In this document: in pieces, positions 1 through 9,817 of the stretch
How the letters are laid out: each line of letters opens with the position of its first letter
How positions within the stretch are numbered: position 1 is the first letter of the stretch
NCBI GenBank assembly: GCA_965218435.1
Contig: CBDCKW010000009.1
Coordinates: 3,552,001-3,616,000, forward strand
Source of the DNA: Truepera sp.
GTDB lineage: Bacteria > Deinococcota > Deinococci > Deinococcales > Trueperaceae
Reading direction: 5' to 3'
DNA length: 64,000 bases
Notes under the pieces: model-generated
The model's database searches: none
What the model was told of the DNA's origin: nothing
The model's input: the letters and a program-made list of their open reading frames with translations, nothing else
Translations under genes and position numbers: made by a program

Positions 1-1
1 C

Positions 2-325
2 CCGCTTCCGCTTGAAGATTGGGACGCGCCGACTCCGGCGGGTGACCCGGTGGAAAAAATCGGGCTCGAGGGCGCGGTCGCCACGCTCGCGGGCGATGAG
101 CGCGAACTTATCGAACTGGCGTTTTACCAAGGTCATTCGCATCAGGAGTTGGCGGAACTGACCGGTAGACCGCTCGGCAGTATTAAGAGCAAACTCCGCA
201 GCGCACTGCGCAAACTGCGCACTCAGCTAGATGACGGCGTAGAAGATGACACTCGTGATTCAGGTACCGACGCCACCGGGGGTAGAGCTTTAGACCGTTC
301 AGATGAGAAGGGAGGTGAGGCATGA
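2..325 (+). CDS. ECF RNA polymerase sigma factor (SigK/RpoE-like), 3' part only
   Basis: Frame open from window edge; region-4 HTH pattern ERELIELAFYQGHSHQELAELTGRPLGSIKSKLRSALRKL; ATGA overlap with anti-sigma gene. Confidence 0.88.
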   Translation, partial: PLPLEDWDAPTPAGDPVEKIGLEGAVATLAGDERELIELAFYQGHSHQELAELTGRPLGSIKSKLRSALRKLRTQLDDGVEDDTRDSGTDATGGRALDRSDEKGGEA

Positions 326-1098
326 CCGTAGATCAAGATACGCTGGTAAGCTACGCGCTCGGCACCCTTACTCCCCAAGCTGAGGCGGAAGTTGCGGGCT
401 ACCTTGGGGCGCACCCTGAAGACGCGGCGCTGGTCTCCGGATATCTCGAGAGCCTTGCCGACTTTGCGCTGCTCTTGCCCCCGGAGCCCCTCCCGGAAAC
501 CGGTGAAGCCGACTTGATCGCAAGGATTCGGGGTACGGCCCCGCTCGCGCCGGTTATTCCTGACGCGCCGCCCGAAACGCAAACCGGACGCCCCGATACC
601 AGACAACCTGACACCAGACAACCTGACGCACCTGCTACCAAACCGCCCCCTGTGATCGTCGTGCCGAAACGTCCGCATAACCCCAACCTCTGGTTAGCCG
701 GTTTGGGCGCTGTTGCAGTTGCCGCGATGCTCTACTTTGCTGTAGTCACGTTTACCGACCCGAATGTGAGATACGCCCGCGAGTTGGAACAGTACCAGGC
801 CGAACCGGGCGCACAGTCGTACGCGCTGGCCGTAGACGGTGAGGCGAAGCCGCTCGGGACGCTCGTGCGGCTCCAAGATGGGCGCGTCTTCGTCCTGGTA
901 GACTCGCCCCCGGTAAACAATCAGGTGTATCAGGCGTGGAACATCGGCGCTGCGGCGACGTCGCTCGGAACTTTTACGGACCGCGCCTTTTTAAGCCAAG
1001 CTGCCGTGCCGTTGGGGAACACCTTTGGGCTGACGCTCGAGCCTCCCGGCGGCAGCGACCAACCCACCACCACGCCGCTCACATTGGTTAAACTCTAG
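322..1098 (+). CDS. Anti-sigma factor, RskA-like (membrane anchored)
   Basis: N-term YALGTL..EAEV, Pro-rich linker, one TM helix, C-term YQAW...FGLTLEPPGGSDQPT typical of RskA_C; coupled to sigma gene. Confidence 0.85.
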   Translation: MTVDQDTLVSYALGTLTPQAEAEVAGYLGAHPEDAALVSGYLESLADFALLLPPEPLPETGEADLIARIRGTAPLAPVIPDAPPETQTGRPDTRQPDTRQPDAPATKPPPVIVVPKRPHNPNLWLAGLGAVAVAAMLYFAVVTFTDPNVRYARELEQYQAEPGAQSYALAVDGEAKPLGTLVRLQDGRVFVLVDSPPVNNQVYQAWNIGAAATSLGTFTDRAFLSQAAVPLGNTFGLTLEPPGGSDQPTTTPLTLVKL

Positions 1099-1182
1099 GG
1101 TTAAACTCTAGGGCTGAGTTTTAAGGTCGAGCTTCGGGAGGTCAGCGAACGTCATCTGTGGCCACAGTTTGTAGTCTGTCCC

Positions 1183-1208
1183 GCATCCAACTTGCGTAAG
1201 AGCGGGTA
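1183..1208 (+). promoter_or_regulatory. Putative ECF-dependent promoter of CHRD gene
   Basis: GCATCC-N16-GGTA, resembling CATCC-type -35 elements of SigK-like ECFs, directly downstream of the sigma/anti-sigma pair. Confidence 0.4.
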
Positions 1209-1260
1209 TATGTGAAGAGAACCACTTAGAGCCCAGCTCTACATTCGAAAGGAGTTCTTT

Positions 1261-1770
1261 ATGAAACGCACCTTTTTACTTGGTCTTTTACTAACTCTTG
1301 GCGTGGCAATGGCGCAGGGCATGTCGGGCGGGATGATGTCGGGCGGCGAAATGATGTCCGGTGGCATGATGTCTGGCGGCAGCATGATGGGCCAGCCCTT
1401 CCAGGTCACACTCTCGGGTGACAACGAAGTGCCCCCGGTAACGACCGACGCAACCGGCAGCGCAACCGTTACACTGATGGGCGACACCATGACCGTCAAC
1501 GGCGACTTTTCCGGCTTAAGCAGCCCGGTTATCGAAATTGCGGGTAGCTCCGGTCACATCCATATGGGCGCAGCCGGTGAAAACGGCGACGTGATCTTCC
1601 CCCTTAACGTAAGCGTAGACAGTGGGCAGACCAGCGGAATCTTCAGCCTGTCAACCACGCTTACCCCCGACCAGGTCAGTGCCTTTGAAGCAGGCGACTT
1701 GTATATCAACTTCCATACGGAGATGAATCAGGGCGGCGAGATTCGCGGACAGATTACACCGGGAATGTAA
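1261..1770 (+). CDS. Secreted CHRD-domain protein with Met/Gly-rich N-terminus
   Basis: AAGGAG RBS, signal peptide (AMA-Q), LSGDNEVPPV, HIH.GAAGENG, LYINFHT...GGEIRGQI CHRD motifs. Confidence 0.9.
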   Translation: MKRTFLLGLLLTLGVAMAQGMSGGMMSGGEMMSGGMMSGGSMMGQPFQVTLSGDNEVPPVTTDATGSATVTLMGDTMTVNGDFSGLSSPVIEIAGSSGHIHMGAAGENGDVIFPLNVSVDSGQTSGIFSLSTTLTPDQVSAFEAGDLYINFHTEMNQGGEIRGQITPGM

Positions 1771-1783
1771 TTTCGTTTTTCCC

Positions 1784-1813
1784 AAGAAGGCGGCTTTCGG
1801 GTCGCCTTTTTTT
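1784..1813 (+). terminator. Intrinsic terminator
   Basis: AAGGCGGCT-TTCG-GGTCGCCTT stem-loop then T run. Confidence 0.85.
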
Positions 1814-1899
1814 GTTGTAATGCTCGGTTCATTTTGGCGGGTTTTCTTTTTGCCCGAGTACAAAATTTCAAAACGCTTATAGTTGAATATAGTCAAAGG

Positions 1900-2832
1900 G
1901 TGGCGCAGCGACTAGAACAAGTAGAGCTTGGCGGCGTCAAACAGTGGCTCTTGCTCAGAGGCGCTGAAACGCGCCCTATCTTGCTCTTTTTACACGGCGG
2001 CCCCGGCAGCGCCGAGATCGCTACGGCCAGTCGCTATCAGCGGGAGCTCGAGCCCCACTTTTTGGTCGTCAATTGGGATCAGCGCGGCGCTGGCAAATCG
2101 CGCGACCACGGCGTTTTAAGCGTTGAGCAACTCGTCTCTGATACCACCGAACTTATCAACCTGCTCTTAGCGAGGTTTGGGCGGCAAAACCTGTACCTGC
2201 TCGGCCACTCGTGGGGCAGCGCGTTAGGTCTTCTTGTTACGCACCGCTCTCCTGAGCTTGTGCGCGGCTTTATCGGCGTCGGTCAGCTGGTAGACGGGGC
2301 CGAAAATGAACGCTTATCTTTTAGGCATGTGAGGGAGTACGCACGCCGCACAAATAATCGGCTGGCACTTTGGCACCTACGCCGTCATGCACCGCCTTAC
2401 GGCTGTGATGTTCGTGCGCTCCTCGCGCAGCGCACGTGGCTTTACCTGTCTCGAGGCTTTTTTTATTCGCGCGTGGCCGCGCTGCGTTACGTCCTGGCTT
2501 TTCTGACCTCGACTACCTACAATTTGCCCGACAAACTCGGCTACTCCCGCCACCTGCGGACCTCACTCCGGCAGCTCTGGCCGGAAGTGGAAGCCTTAAA
2601 CCTTTCCAGAGACGTTCCCGGCGTCGAGGTTCCGGTTTTGTTTTGCTTCGGAAAATATGACATGACGACCCCTTCAGCTCTGGCCGTGCGGTATTTTGGG
2701 GCGCTGGTAGCGCCCAGCAAGCAGCTCGTGTGGTTTGACGCGTCGGCTCACTGTCCGAACCTCCAGGAACCCCGAAAGTTTGCCTCGGTCGTAACTGCGT
2801 GGGCTGGGCGAACGGGTGAGCCACCGCTATAG
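1900..2832 (+). CDS. Alpha/beta hydrolase (proline iminopeptidase-like)
   Basis: HGGPG, WDQRGAG, GHSWG nucleophile, catalytic D/H; start moved to GTG 1900 because TATAGT lies 6 nt upstream (leaderless). Confidence 0.85.
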   Translation: MAQRLEQVELGGVKQWLLLRGAETRPILLFLHGGPGSAEIATASRYQRELEPHFLVVNWDQRGAGKSRDHGVLSVEQLVSDTTELINLLLARFGRQNLYLLGHSWGSALGLLVTHRSPELVRGFIGVGQLVDGAENERLSFRHVREYARRTNNRLALWHLRRHAPPYGCDVRALLAQRTWLYLSRGFFYSRVAALRYVLAFLTSTTYNLPDKLGYSRHLRTSLRQLWPEVEALNLSRDVPGVEVPVLFCFGKYDMTTPSALAVRYFGALVAPSKQLVWFDASAHCPNLQEPRKFASVVTAWAGRTGEPPL

Positions 2833-3856
2833 TCAGGTCATGACGGCCAACATCTTGTCCCCTTACGGTAAAAACGTCACCGCTGAGCTGAACGATGTCT
2901 ACAACTTAGCGTCTGTTGACGAACTCCTGGAACGCGTCTCTAACTTTTTGGCAGCTGGCTACGGATTTGCAGAGGTTCACATCGAGGAAATTTACGTCGC
3001 TTTTGGCATCGCCGTCAGATTTTCTCACGCCGGTACGAGTTACTATCTGAAGTTCACCGGACGTGCGAACCACGGAGACCCGGAAGGCTTGTTTGCTTAC
3101 CGCGAGTATCTCAGAAAGCAGCAACTCCCTCTCCCTGAAATCGTCGAAACCGTAAACGGAACGTACTTTGAAACTATCCTTGACAATTCTCCTTACGACG
3201 TGACCTATGGGATGAAAACGCTTCCCGGCAGGCCAATCACCCGGAAGACCGTGGGAGAACTCGAGCAGTACGCCCATGTGATGGCCCAGTTTCACCGTCT
3301 CGGCGCAACCTACGAACCCAAGGTTTACGCCAGGTCGCGGGATGTGCACAGGTATTTTGCGGAGGCTCGAGACGATTTAGAGAGCGTAGCTTATGTTCAC
3401 GCGAGGCTCGAGCCGCTTAAGACAAACAACACCTTGTCAAAAACGCATATTCACAGAGACTTTCGGCTTTGTCACGCTCTATTTGAAGACCAAACGCTGT
3501 CAGGCATTATTGACGCCGAGCACGCGGAATATGCTGAACGTATCTTCGACGTTTGCATGGGGCTCGTCAGTCACCCTAATCCTGCTCAGTGCCTACTCCT
3601 AAACTTGGGTGAAATCCTGGAGTATATAAAATATTATGATAGGCTCTACCCGCTTACCCAACCCGACCGTCAGGCACTCAAGGCGATGCTGCTGTGCGCT
3701 CTACTCAACGAGCTGTCTGGCGCTTTTCTCTTCGTTGATACCGGGCAGAGTGAGGCAAGGGAGACAGACATCGCTAAACTGTGGTTGATACTGAAGCACG
3801 TTGAGCCGTTACCCGACGATTTGGGGCTTTTTAGCTCACATCGCCCAACTGCTTGA
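2816..3856 (+). CDS. APH / homoserine kinase type II-like phosphotransferase
   Basis: YYLK, MAQFH, IHRDF (HGD-like) and GIID motifs; start could be ATG 2840. Confidence 0.7.
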   Translation: MSHRYSQVMTANILSPYGKNVTAELNDVYNLASVDELLERVSNFLAAGYGFAEVHIEEIYVAFGIAVRFSHAGTSYYLKFTGRANHGDPEGLFAYREYLRKQQLPLPEIVETVNGTYFETILDNSPYDVTYGMKTLPGRPITRKTVGELEQYAHVMAQFHRLGATYEPKVYARSRDVHRYFAEARDDLESVAYVHARLEPLKTNNTLSKTHIHRDFRLCHALFEDQTLSGIIDAEHAEYAERIFDVCMGLVSHPNPAQCLLLNLGEILEYIKYYDRLYPLTQPDRQALKAMLLCALLNELSGAFLFVDTGQSEARETDIAKLWLILKHVEPLPDDLGLFSSHRPTA

Positions 3857-4277
3857 TCTCTTCGATAAACCGGTCTACCGAATCAAAATCGCGGTAAACG
3901 CTTAGAAAGCGGATATACGCCACGTCGTCCAAGCTTTTTAAGAACCGGAGCGCCTTGATGCCGATAGCCTCAGCCTGCACTTCGGGCGTCTGCACGGCGT
4001 CTTCAAAGGTGTAGGCGAACTCGCGGAGCTGTTTTTCGGTGATGGGGCGTTTGTTACAGGCAATCCTGAGCTTTTGTAAGAGTTTGTCGGGATTAAACGC
4101 CTCGCGCCGCCCCGAACGTTTCACAACCATCAGCGCCTCGAACTGCGCGCGTTCGTAGGTGGTAAAGCGGCGACTACAGACGGCGCACTCGCGCCGCCGC
4201 CGAATCGCCGTGCCCTCGTCGCTGGGGCGCGAATTGACGACGCGGGTGTCGTCCGAAGAGCAAAATGGGCAGTTCAC
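3831..4277 (-). CDS. nrdR: Transcriptional repressor NrdR
   Basis: CPFC...IRRRRECAVCSRRFTTYE zinc ribbon, ATP cone, DDVAYIRF.SVYR. Confidence 0.97.
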   Translation of the reverse strand: MNCPFCSSDDTRVVNSRPSDEGTAIRRRRECAVCSRRFTTYERAQFEALMVVKRSGRREAFNPDKLLQKLRIACNKRPITEKQLREFAYTFEDAVQTPEVQAEAIGIKALRFLKSLDDVAYIRFLSVYRDFDSVDRFIEEIKQLGDVS

Positions 4278-4323
4278 AGGTTGTTCATAACTTATTTCTC
4301 ATGGATTATTTACCGGTGAGGCG

Positions 4324-5172
4324 CTACCAAGTCGTGTCAATGACGTTTTCCAGCGGCGTATCGTCCAGCTCGCTATCCTCGAGGTCTTCATTTGCTTCGT
4401 CTTCGGTATCTTCGTCCAGGGCGTCTTCCAACTCGTCTTCGCCTTCGTCGTAGACGCTGGCCTCGAGGTCGTCTTGGCGCACGTTGGCGTCTAGCGCGGC
4501 CCTTACCTCAGGCAAGAGCGATTCGATATCTTTGGGGGGTGGCGGCAACGTCACGTAAAACCGCTGGCCTGAGAGCCCGGTCTCACGTGCGCCCAAGTAC
4601 ATCACGTTTTCGACGAGCGCCGCGTCGTGTTTGGGGTCCGACGCGCTCCGTGAAGGCACCGCGACGTTCACACTCAGGCTCTCGTGGCGCGACTCAAACC
4701 CCGTCGCCATCCGGGTAATCGCGCCGCGCACTGCCACCATGTGCGGTTCAGTGGCGGCTTTGGGCGGCGACACGATCACGACCCAAGCGTGCTCTAACAG
4801 CCGCGCCGCAGACTTAAGGACCAAAAAGGTGCTTTTGAGGTTTTCGTCTAACAGCTCGCTAAACTCGCCCTCGCCCAGCTCGCTAAAACGGGTGTTACTT
4901 TCAAACGCCGCGACGTGAACAACGCCGGAAAGGTCACCGAAAATCTCAAACACCTTGTCAAACGTGCCGCGCACATCGCTCTGCACCGACATATCAGCCT
5001 GGATGGGAATCGCTTGCCCGCCTAACTCTTCGATTTCGGCGGCCGTCTTCGAGGCGAGCACCACATCTTTGTCGGCGCACACCACGTCAAAGTCGGCTTG
5101 GCCGTAGGCGAGCGCAACTGCGCGCCCGAACCCTTGACCGACATTGGTAACTAAAACGACGCTGACGCCCAC
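4324..5172 (-). CDS. Atypical SDR-family oxidoreductase with acidic tail
   Basis: Rossmann TNVGQGFG, ADMS, VHVAA; no YxxxK; D/E-rich C-terminus. Confidence 0.75.
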   Translation of the reverse strand: MGVSVVLVTNVGQGFGRAVALAYGQADFDVVCADKDVVLASKTAAEIEELGGQAIPIQADMSVQSDVRGTFDKVFEIFGDLSGVVHVAAFESNTRFSELGEGEFSELLDENLKSTFLVLKSAARLLEHAWVVIVSPPKAATEPHMVAVRGAITRMATGFESRHESLSVNVAVPSRSASDPKHDAALVENVMYLGARETGLSGQRFYVTLPPPPKDIESLLPEVRAALDANVRQDDLEASVYDEGEDELEDALDEDTEDEANEDLEDSELDDTPLENVIDTTW

Positions 5173-5279
5173 GACGTTTAAGCATACAGGTTTTTACGCG
5201 CTCAGGTGAAACTTGGCGCAGCTTCGGGGCTTCGTCTCCGGCACGTTGCCCTAGACTGCGGCCCTGTTAAGATGAGGCT

Positions 5280-5342
5280 ATGACCCTTAGGAACACCCGT
5301 AGCAATACCGGTAGCAACAATAAGAGCAGCTTATGGCGCTAG
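5280..5342 (+). CDS. Putative leaderless 20-aa upstream ORF ([20 protein letters not shown])
   Basis: TAAGAT-6nt-ATG; ORF overlaps accD start by 10 nt. Confidence 0.35.
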   Translation: MTLRNTRSNTGSNNKSSLWR

Positions 5343-6241
5343 AGCGGTGGTTTCGCCGCAAACGCCCGACCCGCGCCGATGATGACCCCAGCCCCGCCGG
5401 ACTATGGCTCAAATGCGAAGAGTGCAGCGCCCAAATCTACCGCAAAGACTTGGAGGCCAATCTCTACCTCTGCACCGAATGCGGCCACCACTACCGGATG
5501 CCCGCCGACGCGCGCGTGGCCATGCTCGCCGACGAGGGGTCGTTTGAACGCTGGTCGGGAAGTATCCGGGCTGCCGACCCCCTGACGTTTGCAGATACCG
5601 AGACCTATCCGGAGCGGATTAGACGCTCCGCCGACAAGCAGAAGCGGCCCGACGCGATCCTCACAGGTGCAGCAACGCTTTCAGGACAGAAGGTTGCCTT
5701 GTCGGTCATGGACTTCTTTTTCGCCGGGGGTTCGATGGGTTCGGTCGTCGGTGAAGAGATCGCCCGCGCCGCCGAACGCGCCGCTGACGAAGGTCGCGCG
5801 TTCGTCTCGGTGGCGGCGTCAGGGGGCGCGCGGATGCAAGAGGGCGCGCTTTCGCTGATGCAAATGGCGAAGACGACCATCGCGTTGGAGACCCTTTCAC
5901 GGGCCAAACTGCCCTATATCAGCGTGTTGACCGACCCGACAACGGGCGGCGTCACCGCGAGTTTTGCCACCCTCGGCGACATCATCGTCTCCGAACCGCA
6001 GGCTCTTATCGGGTTTGCGGGGCCACGCGTGATTCAGCAAACCATCAAGCAAGACCTGCCGCCGGGGTTTCAGCGGGCTGAATTCCTGCTGCAAAAAGGG
6101 ATGCTCGACGACGTGGTCAAACGCTCTGAACTTAAGGCGCGGCTGGCGCTCTATCTGGAGCTTTTGCGCGGTACCTTAGACCGCACTCCGGGCAGTCCCC
6201 CGAACGCGGTGGGGGGTGAGCCCGGTGGCGCTCCCGTTTGA
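5333..6241 (+). CDS. accD: Acetyl-CoA carboxylase carboxyltransferase beta
   Basis: LWLKCEEC...CTEC zinc finger, [30 protein letters not shown]. Confidence 0.97.
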   Translation: MALERWFRRKRPTRADDDPSPAGLWLKCEECSAQIYRKDLEANLYLCTECGHHYRMPADARVAMLADEGSFERWSGSIRAADPLTFADTETYPERIRRSADKQKRPDAILTGAATLSGQKVALSVMDFFFAGGSMGSVVGEEIARAAERAADEGRAFVSVAASGGARMQEGALSLMQMAKTTIALETLSRAKLPYISVLTDPTTGGVTASFATLGDIIVSEPQALIGFAGPRVIQQTIKQDLPPGFQRAEFLLQKGMLDDVVKRSELKARLALYLELLRGTLDRTPGSPPNAVGGEPGGAPV

Positions 6242-7178
6242 AAAACCGATTGACGACCTCGCCGCGCGGATAGAGGATATGCGCGCCTACGCCGCCGAGC
6301 AAAAGATTGACCTGTCTGAAGAGATTACGCTTCTAGAGGGGCGGTTGGGGGGCTTACAGCGTGACATCTTCGAAAACCTGACGCGTTGGCAACGGGTGCA
6401 AGTCGCCCGCGCCCCGGGCCGTCCCACCGCCCTAGACTATATCGGCCGGGTGTTTGAACCCTTTACCGAACTTCACGGCGACCGGGCGCTCGGCGACGAC
6501 AGCGCCATCGTCACCGGGCTCGGGCGTTTGGGAGGCCACAGCGTCGTGGTGATCGGTCAGCAAAAAGGCCGCGACACGAAAGAAAATATCGGCCGCAACT
6601 TCGGCATGGCGCACCCGGCGGGTTACCGCAAAGCGATGCGGATGTTTGACCTAGCCGACAAGTTCGGCCTCCCGGTCGTAACTTTAATTGACACCCCCGG
6701 CGCGTATCCGGGCGTCGCGGCTGAAGAGCAGGGGCAGGCGTGGGTGATCGCTGAAAGCATCCAGCGGATGAGCCAGCTTACCGTTCCGGCAGTCGCGGTT
6801 GTCATCGGGGAAGGTGGGTCGGGGGGCGCGCTCGCCGTAGGGGTCGCCAACCGCGTGTTGATCCTGGAAAACGCCATCTATTCGGTGATCAGCCCCGAGT
6901 CGTGCGCGGCCATCTTATGGCGCGACGCGTCGCAGGCTCCCAAAGCAGCCGAGGCGCTTAAATTAACGGCTTATGACCTCTTAGAGCTGGGCGTCGTAGA
7001 CGGCGTGATCAAAGAACCGGTCGGCGGCGCGCACCGTGACCCGGCCACCACCATCGGGTGCGTGGCAGTGCGTCTCCGTGAAGAACTAGGCGCGCTCGAG
7101 GGTTTGTCTGAAACCGAGTTGTTGGCGCAGCGGCACGCACGGTTTCGCAATATGGGGCGGCTCGAGGCGGTGACTTAG
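6216..7178 (+). CDS. accA: Acetyl-CoA carboxylase carboxyltransferase alpha
   Basis: [44 protein letters not shown]. Confidence 0.97.
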   Translation: MSPVALPFEKPIDDLAARIEDMRAYAAEQKIDLSEEITLLEGRLGGLQRDIFENLTRWQRVQVARAPGRPTALDYIGRVFEPFTELHGDRALGDDSAIVTGLGRLGGHSVVVIGQQKGRDTKENIGRNFGMAHPAGYRKAMRMFDLADKFGLPVVTLIDTPGAYPGVAAEEQGQAWVIAESIQRMSQLTVPAVAVVIGEGGSGGALAVGVANRVLILENAIYSVISPESCAAILWRDASQAPKAAEALKLTAYDLLELGVVDGVIKEPVGGAHRDPATTIGCVAVRLREELGALEGLSETELLAQRHARFRNMGRLEAVT

Positions 7179-7206
7179 CCCTGCCTGCCGGGGCCTTTGC
7201 TAGGTC

Positions 7207-8190
7207 TTACCGGTCGCCGGACTCGAGCCAAGCCCGCTCCGCTTCACTCAAATTGAGACTGAGCGCCGCTAAATTAGCCGCAAACTCCGCGCCACCCTTA
7301 CAGCCGACCAGCGCGTAGAGGTCTAAAGGTTGACTCGTGACGTACGCGAGCGCCAGTTGCGGGAGCGATACACCTTTATCAGCAGCCAGCTGTTCTGCCC
7401 GTTCTAAACGCTTAAAGTTCGCTTCATAGCAGTACGAGCCAACGCAGAGTTTATCCAAGTACGAGGTGAAGCTCTCCAGATTGTCACGGCGAAACCGCCC
7501 CGAGAAGAAGCCCCCAGCCAGACTCGACCAGGTGAGGAGCGGTGTGTTCTCCCGCCCATACCACGCCCGCGCCGCCTTCCCGGATGGTCCGCCGATACTC
7601 ACGCACCCCGGCCACGGCTCCTGAACTTGTTCGGCTAAGCTGAAGTTCGGGCTGCTTACGGCAAAAGGGGTTAAACCGTGCTCGGCGGCGTACCGGTTGG
7701 CTTCGGCAAAACGCGTCTGCGACCAGTTCGACGCGCCGAAGGCCCGCACCTTACCGCTCTTTTGGTGTTCGTTTAAGACTTCGATAATCGGACCGACCGG
7801 AACGGAAGGGTCGTCGCGGTGCAACACGTAGAGGTCGAGCGTGTCAAACCCGAAACGGGCGAGCGAGTCGTGCAAATCGGCGGTGATGTCAAAAGGTGTG
7901 ACCCGCTTGCGGTCGGCGTTATGGTGCGCACCTTTGGCGATGATGACAACCCGGTCGCGGAGCCCCCTTTCCCGTACCCAGCGCCCGACCGTGCGTTCGT
8001 TGTCGCCGTCGCCGTACACGTGCGCGGTGTCAAACGCCGTGCAACCGAGCGCGAAAACCTCGTCGAGCAGCCGAAACGACCGCGCTTCTTCAGCCGAGTT
8101 GACCATCACCGTACCTTGAACGAGCCTCGAGACCGGCTTCTCTAAACCGGGTAGGGTGCCGTAACGCATGTCTGTCATGTTGCTCCTCAT
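7207..8190 (-). CDS. Aldo/keto reductase
   Basis: FDTAHVYG, LDLYVLHRDD, FGASNW, WSSLAGG. Confidence 0.92.
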   Translation of the reverse strand: MRSNMTDMRYGTLPGLEKPVSRLVQGTVMVNSAEEARSFRLLDEVFALGCTAFDTAHVYGDGDNERTVGRWVRERGLRDRVVIIAKGAHHNADRKRVTPFDITADLHDSLARFGFDTLDLYVLHRDDPSVPVGPIIEVLNEHQKSGKVRAFGASNWSQTRFAEANRYAAEHGLTPFAVSSPNFSLAEQVQEPWPGCVSIGGPSGKAARAWYGRENTPLLTWSSLAGGFFSGRFRRDNLESFTSYLDKLCVGSYCYEANFKRLERAEQLAADKGVSLPQLALAYVTSQPLDLYALVGCKGGAEFAANLAALSLNLSEAERAWLESGDR

Positions 8191-8241
8191 CAGAGCGCAC
8201 GCGCCGAGTCTCCTCGAGCTGATCCGGTTGCCTGCGTCCTT

Positions 8242-8291
8242 TTGTCTTAACCAATTGTTTTAACCAACCGTCTTAACCAATTGTCTTACCA
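8242..8291. repeat. Four ~13-bp tandem repeats (consensus TTGTCTTAACCAA)
   Basis: ttgtcttaaccaa/ttgttttaaccaa/ccgtcttaaccaa/ttgtcttacca in a divergent intergenic region. Confidence 0.85.
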
Positions 8292-8534
8292 GCCTACACC
8301 CGCTAACCTTAACGCGCTCCGCTGTCGTTGCCAGTTCGGGTGTGCGCCGAAAACCAGCCGCCGTCAGTTAATTCACCAGCGGTTGGAGAGACTCGTGTAT
8401 ATACTGAATAACTGCGGGGTGCGTTCTCAGCAGACGGCTGCGCCCTGATTTTAAGCCTGACTTAAGCTTCCAGCCGTAAACTTTTTGCTGATGTCTTTTT
8501 GCTCCCTCTGCCTTTCTTACCAACTCGGAGTGTC

Positions 8535-9785
8535 ATGCGTATAACCCCACTTTTTACTGCCATTGTCTTCGGACTTCTCACGCTGGTCGGTTCCCTTTCG
8601 GCGTGCTCGCAAGTACGTGAGGCCAAAACCCCTTTGACCCCTCCCGAAGTCAGGGCGATCAGCTCGCTGGCCCTCAGCAATCTGGGCGCGCCGCCATCCG
8701 ACCCCTCAAACGCTGTGGCCGACAATCAGCAGGCCGCCAACTTGGGGCACGCGCTTTTTTTTGACAAACGCCTGAGCGCCAACGGTGAGGTGTCGTGTGC
8801 GTCTTGCCATCAACCGGAGCGCGGCTTTACCGACGGTTTAGCCCACGCGCGGGGTATCGGGCAGCTCGACCGTAAAACGATGAGCGTCGTCGGGGCGGCG
8901 CACAGCACCTGGCAGTTTTGGGACGGCCGGAAAGACAGCCTCTGGTCACAGGCTTTAGGGCCGCTCGAGGCCAGTAAAGAGCACGGTCTAACCCGGAGCG
9001 AGGTTGCTGAAGTTGTTGCACGAGCCTATCCTGAGCAGTACGAAGCAGTTTTTGGTGCGCTCCCAAATTTGGACGACGCGGCGCGTTTTCCGGCTCGAGC
9101 GAGTCCGCAAGGTAACGAAGCGGCGCAGGCAGCGTGGGCTGAGATGACGCCCGCCGACCAGGACAGCGTGAGCGAAGTATTCGCCAACGTCGGTAAAGCT
9201 CTAGCGGCGTATGAACGGGGGCTCGAGCCCACCCCGACCCGTTTTGACACCTACGCCGAAGCCGTCGCCAGCGGTGACACGGCAGGGGAGAGTGCGCTTT
9301 CTGCTGAAGAGGTCGCGGGCCTCAGGTTGTTTGTCGGCAAAGCCGGGTGCGTCACGTGCCACACCGGGCCGCTTCTGACCGACGAGTCGTTTCACAATAC
9401 TGGTGTCCCCGCCGCTACCGGGTTGCCGCCCGATTTGGGACGTATCAGCGGTGTAGAGCTTGCCCGACACGACGAATTTAACTGCCTGAGCCGTTTTAGC
9501 GACGCGCAACCTGCAGCGTGTACGGCGCTCAAGGGTTTAAGTGACGACACGTTTGGGCTCGAGCGCGCCTACAAAGTTCCGTCTTTAAGAGACGTTACGG
9601 CGCACGCGCCCTATATGCACGCCGGACAGTTCAGCACGCTCCACGAGGTGTTAGAGCACTACAACACTGCCCCCGCCGCGCCGAGCGGTTACAGCGAAAT
9701 CCATCCGCTGGGTTTGTCTGAAGACGAGTTGGGTCAGCTCGAGGCGTTTCTTAAAACACTCAGCAGCGACTCGGCCTCACGTTAA
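8535..9785 (+). CDS. Di-heme cytochrome c peroxidase/MauG-family lipoprotein
   Basis: LSAC lipobox, CASCH and CVTCH, QFWDGR, KVPSLR..APYMH; GGAG before ATG 8535. Confidence 0.9.
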   Translation: MRITPLFTAIVFGLLTLVGSLSACSQVREAKTPLTPPEVRAISSLALSNLGAPPSDPSNAVADNQQAANLGHALFFDKRLSANGEVSCASCHQPERGFTDGLAHARGIGQLDRKTMSVVGAAHSTWQFWDGRKDSLWSQALGPLEASKEHGLTRSEVAEVVARAYPEQYEAVFGALPNLDDAARFPARASPQGNEAAQAAWAEMTPADQDSVSEVFANVGKALAAYERGLEPTPTRFDTYAEAVASGDTAGESALSAEEVAGLRLFVGKAGCVTCHTGPLLTDESFHNTGVPAATGLPPDLGRISGVELARHDEFNCLSRFSDAQPAACTALKGLSDDTFGLERAYKVPSLRDVTAHAPYMHAGQFSTLHEVLEHYNTAPAAPSGYSEIHPLGLSEDELGQLEAFLKTLSSDSASR

Positions 9786-9817
9786 ACACTGTAACGACGT
9801 AAAAGAAAGGAACACCT

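Noticed and set aside
8242..8291. Possible CRISPR array or iteron origin
   Set aside because: Units are contiguous 13-mers without spacers; no cas or rep gene nearby
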